Assembly (NCBI GenBank): GCA_007376535.1 | Contig: VMGK01000005.1 | Coordinates: forward strand, 2,085 to 66,084 | DNA from: Candidatus Berkelbacteria bacterium Licking1014_7 | Lineage (GTDB): Bacteria > Patescibacteriota > UBA1384 > GWA2-35-9 > CG2-30-39-44 | Direction of reading: 5' to 3' | DNA length: 64,000 nucleotides | Part shown: in pieces, positions 59,308 through 64,000 of the stretch | How the letters are laid out: every line of letters starts with the position of its first letter | Position numbering within the stretch: position 1 is the stretch's first letter | Notes under the pieces: model-generated | What the model saw: only the letters and a program-made list of their open reading frames with translations | Databases searched by the model: none | Told to the model about the DNA's origin: nothing | Translations under genes and position numbers: made by a program

Positions 59308-60387
59308 TTATAAATATTTATTAGTTTTATTTTTCTTTAGGATTTCAATTATCTTTTTTACTTCTTGCGAAGCGTGTTGATTGATAACCAAAATAGCGTC
59401 TGGCGTATCAATGATGGCAATGTCTTTTAGCCCAACCGTGGCAATCATTTTTTTGTGTCCCAGCACAAAAATATTTTCGTCATTATGCCCGATGTGGTGT
59501 CCTTGGGAGATATTGGTAACGCCAAGTTTTTTGGACAGGATATCATAGACCGATTTCCAACTGCCGACATCTGACCAATCCAAATCAGATGGGATCACGA
59601 GCATTTTATCTAATTTTTCCACAATGGCTGTGTCAATCGGTTCGTTAGGCATTTTTTCAAACAATCGATTAATTTTTTTTGGCTCATTTGTGGCGCGTAT
59701 TTTATTTAAGATATTATAAATTTTTGGTGAGTGCTTTTTGTATTTATTAAGTATTTGAGAAGCGCTAAAAATAAAATAAGATCCGTTCCAAAGGTATTCT
59801 AATGACTCAAAATATTTTTGCGCGGTTTCTTTATCTGGTTTTTCAACAAATTTTTCTATTCGAAAAATGATTTGTCCAGAAATTTTTTCAAATTCTTCGC
59901 CGATTTTAATATATCCATAGCCGGTTTCAGGATAAGTTGGTTTGAGTCCGATTGTCATTAAAAACTGCGGGTGTTTTTCAATTATTTTGAAGGCGAGTTT
60001 TAAATCAATGACAAAATTTTTCTCTTTTTGGATTTCATGATCTGAGGCAATGGTGGCTAAGATTGCTTGCGGATTTTTTTGATAAATTCGCAGGGTTGAT
60101 AGACCGATGGCTGGCGCGGTATTTTTTGCGACTGGTTCAACAATATAATTTTTTAGAAGAATTTGTGGCAGTTGTTGGCGTCCTAACGGAATAAGTTTTT
60201 TCCCAATGCTTAAAAAAATATTTTGCTGAGGAACAACTTTTGCCACACGCGCATAGGTCTTTTGGATAAGAGTTTTTCTACCGGTAAATTTCTGAAATTG
60301 TTTGGGGGTTTTTTGCCGCGAAAGCGGCCAAAGTCGGGTGCCTGACCCGCCTGCCATAATGACCGCGTAAAAATTTTGTTTTGACAT
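59308..60387 (-). CDS. manC: Mannose-1-phosphate guanylyltransferase
   Basis: MAGGSGTRLWPLSR, NTAPAI, FVEKP, WSDVGSW. Confidence 0.92.
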   Translation of the reverse strand: MSKQNFYAVIMAGGSGTRLWPLSRQKTPKQFQKFTGRKTLIQKTYARVAKVVPQQNIFLSIGKKLIPLGRQQLPQILLKNYIVEPVAKNTAPAIGLSTLRIYQKNPQAILATIASDHEIQKEKNFVIDLKLAFKIIEKHPQFLMTIGLKPTYPETGYGYIKIGEEFEKISGQIIFRIEKFVEKPDKETAQKYFESLEYLWNGSYFIFSASQILNKYKKHSPKIYNILNKIRATNEPKKINRLFEKMPNEPIDTAIVEKLDKMLVIPSDLDWSDVGSWKSVYDILSKKLGVTNISQGHHIGHNDENIFVLGHKKMIATVGLKDIAIIDTPDAILVINQHASQEVKKIIEILKKNKTNKYL

Positions 60388-60464
60388 AATGTTTAGTTTA
60401 ATTTTTTTAGAGTAAAGTTTGATTTTATGAGAACATTATATCAGTTTCAGCTTAAAACGCAAAA

Positions 60465-61151
60465 TTAAAATTTTAAAGATGCGAGATAGTGCAAAATTTT
60501 CCTTAAATCGTCAGAGAGCGGATCTTTGATACTGATGGTTTGTTCTATGGCGAGATGAGTAAAGCCCAAATAAACTGAATGTAAAAATTGTCGGTGTAAT
60601 CCAATTTGACGGCTAATTTTTTTAGATAATTTTGTGTTGTAGACCGGGTCGCCTAAAATCGGAAAGCCAATATTTGATAAGTGAATTCTGATTTGATGGG
60701 TTCGGCCGGTGGCGATTTTTACTTCAAGCAGAGATAGCGGATTTTTTTGAAAATTGTAAGAGCGAATTTTTTTGTACTCGCTTTTTGACCAGCGCCACTT
60801 CCCCCTATTTTGTCCCACTGGAATGTTGGAAAAAATAAACGGTTTTTTGCGCTGCGGATCGCGCGCTAAATATCCTTCAATGATGCCCTTTTCCGGGGTG
60901 TTGCCAATCACTAATGCTTGGTATTTTTTGATAATTTTTCTGGTTTTGAATTGGGCTTGAAGCGCTTTGAGAACTTTTTCGTTTTTTGCCAAAAGTAAAA
61001 TTCCAGAAGTGTTTTTATCCAAGCGATGGGCGGGAAATATTTGATTGGCGATTTTTTGCTTTTTGAGATCATTCGCGATATCACAAGTTTCAATTCCGGC
61101 TGGTTTGGATAGAGCGAGTATATCTTGATCTTGATAAATAATTTTAATCAT
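60465..61151 (-). CDS. RluA-family pseudouridine synthase
   Basis: KPAG, HRLDKNTSG, TGRTHQIR, GDPVY. Confidence 0.95.
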   Translation of the reverse strand: MIKIIYQDQDILALSKPAGIETCDIANDLKKQKIANQIFPAHRLDKNTSGILLLAKNEKVLKALQAQFKTRKIIKKYQALVIGNTPEKGIIEGYLARDPQRKKPFIFSNIPVGQNRGKWRWSKSEYKKIRSYNFQKNPLSLLEVKIATGRTHQIRIHLSNIGFPILGDPVYNTKLSKKISRQIGLHRQFLHSVYLGFTHLAIEQTISIKDPLSDDLRKILHYLASLKF

Positions 61152-61162
61152 AAGTATATTTT

Positions 61163-61265
61163 ATCCCCACACCTTTCCAGAATACCTCTCAGTTTGCTGC
61201 GAGGATGAATGGACATTATAAATTCTTTCGGCGGGGTTTAATACCTCGCCGAAAGGTGTGGGGAT
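61163..61265. repeat. Composite palindromic element
   Basis: 15-bp IR ATCCCCACACCTTTC / GAAAGGTGTGGGGAT enclosing AATACCTC hairpins. Confidence 0.8.
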
Positions 61266-61300
61266 TTATCGCTAGACCGGCTGCGGCCTAATGGTGAGAT

Positions 61301-61653
61301 AAAGAAAAAGGCGCCCATCGCGCTGACTTTCCAGCGGGCCGGGTATGCTGGTTGGTCGGGGGTGCGCGAGGGGCGCCACGGGCACTACTTTTTCTGCTTT
61401 CGGAACGGAATCCGAACACAGCAGAGTGGGTTAAAGTAGCGCCCGGAGATGGGTGGAGCGTCTGGGGTTGTGCCCTAAGGGGCAGCACACACGGAAAGGA
61501 GAGGGTCCCGAGAGGGTCCCCCCAGACGCTCCGAAAATGAAAGAAGGGAAGGGGGCGGGCTGCAGTCGGAAGAGGAGTCCCTGCAACCCACCCAGAAGAC
61601 GGGAGGGTAGTGGGGAAAGGAGAACCCGCGCCCATCCGTCCTTTCGTAAAGAC
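61301..61653 (-). ncRNA. Candidate structured non-coding RNA of unknown family (~350 nt)
   Basis: GC-rich island with five helices whose mismatches resolve as G-U only on the minus strand; upstream promoter and terminal U run. Confidence 0.6.
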
Positions 61654-61659
61654 AATCTA

Positions 61660-61689
61660 ATCTTATCATACAATTGCTTTGCTTGTCAA
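61660..61689 (-). promoter_or_regulatory. Sigma70 promoter upstream of the candidate ncRNA
   Basis: TTGACA-18 nt-TAAGAT with extended -10 TG. Confidence 0.65.
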
Positions 61690-61719
61690 GTTCCGAAAGG
61701 TCGCCAGACCGTGGACAAA

Positions 61720-62847
61720 TTAAATCAATTTGTCTTTGTCGTTTTTGGACTCTTCTAACATTTCCAATCCTTTGATTTGCGGGAAATTCGGTCCAGCAAT
61801 GCCGGTAATGCCACCATAGATATTAAACAATGATTTGAACATTTTATTGAGCTGAACTTCTCTTCGCTTCCATTGTGTTTCAAAAGCCACTTTTTCTTTG
61901 ATGATTTGCTCTTGCATTCCAAAATACGATTCTGCGATCGCTTCCATTTGCTGAGTGAACTCGTGGCTGTTCAGATATTCATATAATTCTTCGGCAGTGC
62001 TGGCACTTTGAGCTGAAATTGCCTTTTGTTTGGCGCCTTCCAGCAAGATATTACGCAAAAATGTTGCTAAGGCAATAAAATATTTTGGCGTGGTCACCCA
62101 AACTTTGTTAATAGGGATAATTTCCTTTGGAGCGTCTTTGGGTAAAACCATACTGACTAGCCCTGCGAACCTTGCTTTTTCCACGCGCTGATCGGAGCGT
62201 AATTTGTCAATCCATTTATTTTCCCAGTTTTTAGTCCGTTTGTTTTCCCATATAATTTTTCCAGCTATATTGCCCATTGGGGTTTTAACCAATTGAACCA
62301 AATCCGCGCCCCGTACGCCCTTTTTTACTTCTAAAATTTCGTCTTGGGGGAAAACGTTTCTCAGTGAATTTTCCAAATCCAATTCCAAAATTTCGCCTTG
62401 GGCTTGCTCAGAACCTTGTTCTGCTTTCCGTTTAAGTTCTTCGGCTACTTTTTTAAGATCAGCAATTTGTTTGTCTTTTTCTAAATTTTTTAGTCGATTT
62501 TCTTCGTTAATTTTTTGCGCTAAATTTTCTTTGGCTTTTTCTATTTCGTCAAAAATTTGTTTTTGACTTTTCAGTTCTCTTTCTTCGTCTTTTTCTCGTA
62601 GTAAGCGCAAACTTTTATTCAATTCTAAAAGTTGATTGCCAAGTTCACGGTTTCGCTTTTTTAATTCTTCTGCCTCATTTTCTTTATCTTTAATTTTCAA
62701 TTCCTGTTCCGCTAAAATTTTCTCGCGCAATTTTTGTTCAAAATTTTTTTCGATTTCCTGTTTTTGCTCCTCGCGAATTTGATCCGTAAGCGCTTCGCTC
62801 AGTTCAATTTCTTTTTGGCAATAGGGGCATTTGATAGTATTTATCAT
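61720..62847 (-). CDS. DUF2130-family coiled-coil protein
   Basis: N-terminal CPYC, QGS.Q.QGE..E, GAD, IIWENKRTK.W. Confidence 0.85.
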   Translation of the reverse strand: MINTIKCPYCQKEIELSEALTDQIREEQKQEIEKNFEQKLREKILAEQELKIKDKENEAEELKKRNRELGNQLLELNKSLRLLREKDEERELKSQKQIFDEIEKAKENLAQKINEENRLKNLEKDKQIADLKKVAEELKRKAEQGSEQAQGEILELDLENSLRNVFPQDEILEVKKGVRGADLVQLVKTPMGNIAGKIIWENKRTKNWENKWIDKLRSDQRVEKARFAGLVSMVLPKDAPKEIIPINKVWVTTPKYFIALATFLRNILLEGAKQKAISAQSASTAEELYEYLNSHEFTQQMEAIAESYFGMQEQIIKEKVAFETQWKRREVQLNKMFKSLFNIYGGITGIAGPNFPQIKGLEMLEESKNDKDKLI

Positions 62848-63049
62848 AGTTCAAATATAACAAATTATTGTCTAAAAAACAAATCTCAAAAAGCAAAAGT
62901 TTTTTGACTTAAGATTTTTGATACTACGTTTCTCGGTTACTGCAACGATGCCCGTATCGTCTGACGTCTGACGTATTACGAAATTCATTCTAAAATCATA
63001 AATCCATATTCTTAAATCTTTTTAATGTTTTGAATTTTGAGATTTGAGA

Positions 63050-64000
63050 TTAGTTCTCAAAAAATGCGCACCACTGACAAGGTTTGCCCGGGGTTTCGCG
63101 ATGATCAAATTTTAGCGCTTGGATATTTTGCCAGACATCAATAATTTGTTTTTTGAAATCCTTCATTTCATTTTTGTCAAACGAAAAAATATGTTTGGCA
63201 AAACGATAATTTTCGTCCAAAAATTCAATTGCGGTCTCCCCTATTTTCCATTTGGTAAAAAAACGGTGATCCAATTCTCCCAAAAGCCAATAAAATTGCA
63301 GTTGCAATAAATAGTTGCGATCGCGTTTTTTTGTCAACCCCATTATTTCATTCCTGCTTTTGGCTTGCCCGGTTTTATAGTCAATCACCCGGACTAAATT
63401 TTTTCTTTTATCCAACCATTCAATTTTGTCAATTTTGCCAGTTAACGGTATACTGCCAAAGCGCACATTGTGAGGTCTGAAATTAAATTCAGTCCAAAGC
63501 GGTTTTTGAAAATTGTTTTTATTCCAAGACGGCGAATACCTCGGAGCTTGCTCCGAGTCCCGCCCCTTGGCGGGATCAAATGGCGGAACAAACGAATACC
63601 CCGCAGCTTGCTGCGTGGGTCGTTTATATTTTTCAAAATAATTGCTTAGCAATTTTTTACCCGCTTGTAAAAATTCAATCTTCTCTTTTTTTGATAAAAT
63701 TTCTTTTTCAATCGCCCGATCAAAATATTTTATCAAATCGTTTGCTTCGGGCAAGTAATTATTTTTTATATAATCGCGAAAAAATTCTTCTAATGCTTTG
63801 TGTATGGCTGTTCCATAACTTTGCGCCGCTGACTTGATTTGCGGCAGGCGAATAATGTTTTTTAGCAAATAGTCGCGCGGACATTTTAGATAAGTGGTAA
63901 AACCGGTCGGGCTCAGCGGTTGATTTTTGACAATATTTTTTAGCCAAGTTTTTTCCGCGCGCGGAAAATTAATTATCGCGGTGGCGCTTAATTCATCTAC
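63050..64000 (-). CDS. C-terminal PD-(D/E)XK nuclease domain, probably of a UvrD/AddAB-like helicase-nuclease (partial), with an in-frame palindromic insert
   Basis: Frame open to the window end; LS.T...TY..CP, GTAIH, GKIDK, IDYKTG, QL.FY, CQWC. Confidence 0.85.
   Translation of the reverse strand, partial: VDELSATAIINFPRAEKTWLKNIVKNQPLSPTGFTTYLKCPRDYLLKNIIRLPQIKSAAQSYGTAIHKALEEFFRDYIKNNYLPEANDLIKYFDRAIEKEILSKKEKIEFLQAGKKLLSNYFEKYKRPTQQAAGYSFVPPFDPAKGRDSEQAPRYSPSWNKNNFQKPLWTEFNFRPHNVRFGSIPLTGKIDKIEWLDKRKNLVRVIDYKTGQAKSRNEIMGLTKKRDRNYLLQLQFYWLLGELDHRFFTKWKIGETAIEFLDENYRFAKHIFSFDKNEMKDFKKQIIDVWQNIQALKFDHRETPGKPCQWCAFFEN

Noticed and set aside
61560-61640. RNase P RNA or CsrB-like RNA on the plus strand (GAGGAGTCC, AGAACCCG, many GGA)
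   Set aside because: Motifs are incomplete and too close together; G-U polarity and the promoter favour the minus strand. An Rfam scan is still advisable.

Overview
AT-rich bacterial chromosome segment, standard genetic code. Gene content (type IV pilus locus, two VirD4/TraD-like ATPases, PBP1A with Ig/FN3 tail, compact housekeeping genes) suggests Patescibacteria/CPR; this is inference. Housekeeping genes include tyrS, argS, tgt, rpmB, rpmG, rplJ/rplL with an L10 leader, secD/secF and five tRNAs. Accessory content includes two restriction-modification islands beside tRNA-Pro and tRNA-Trp, an AbiEii-type TA pair, and NYN and LamG genes. The most striking signal is non-coding. (1) About 20 copies of a small CCTG-CCCG...CGGG hairpin element insert without target duplication, nest inside one another and inside genes in frame, and carry variable cargo. 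(2) One copy splits an old tRNA-Thr(UGU) exactly in its anticodon and encloses an intact replacement tRNA-Thr, with stacked relic 3' halves behind it. (3) A 294-bp GIY-YIG nuclease cassette with related inverted ends sits cleanly inside a duplicated gene end and is a candidate autonomous partner. (4) A second family of ~160-bp rod-shaped palindromes has conserved strand-specific internal loops and nested copies. (5) A GC-rich ~350-nt structured ncRNA candidate has its own promoter near 61.3-61.7 kb. All alignments were made by eye and no searches were run.
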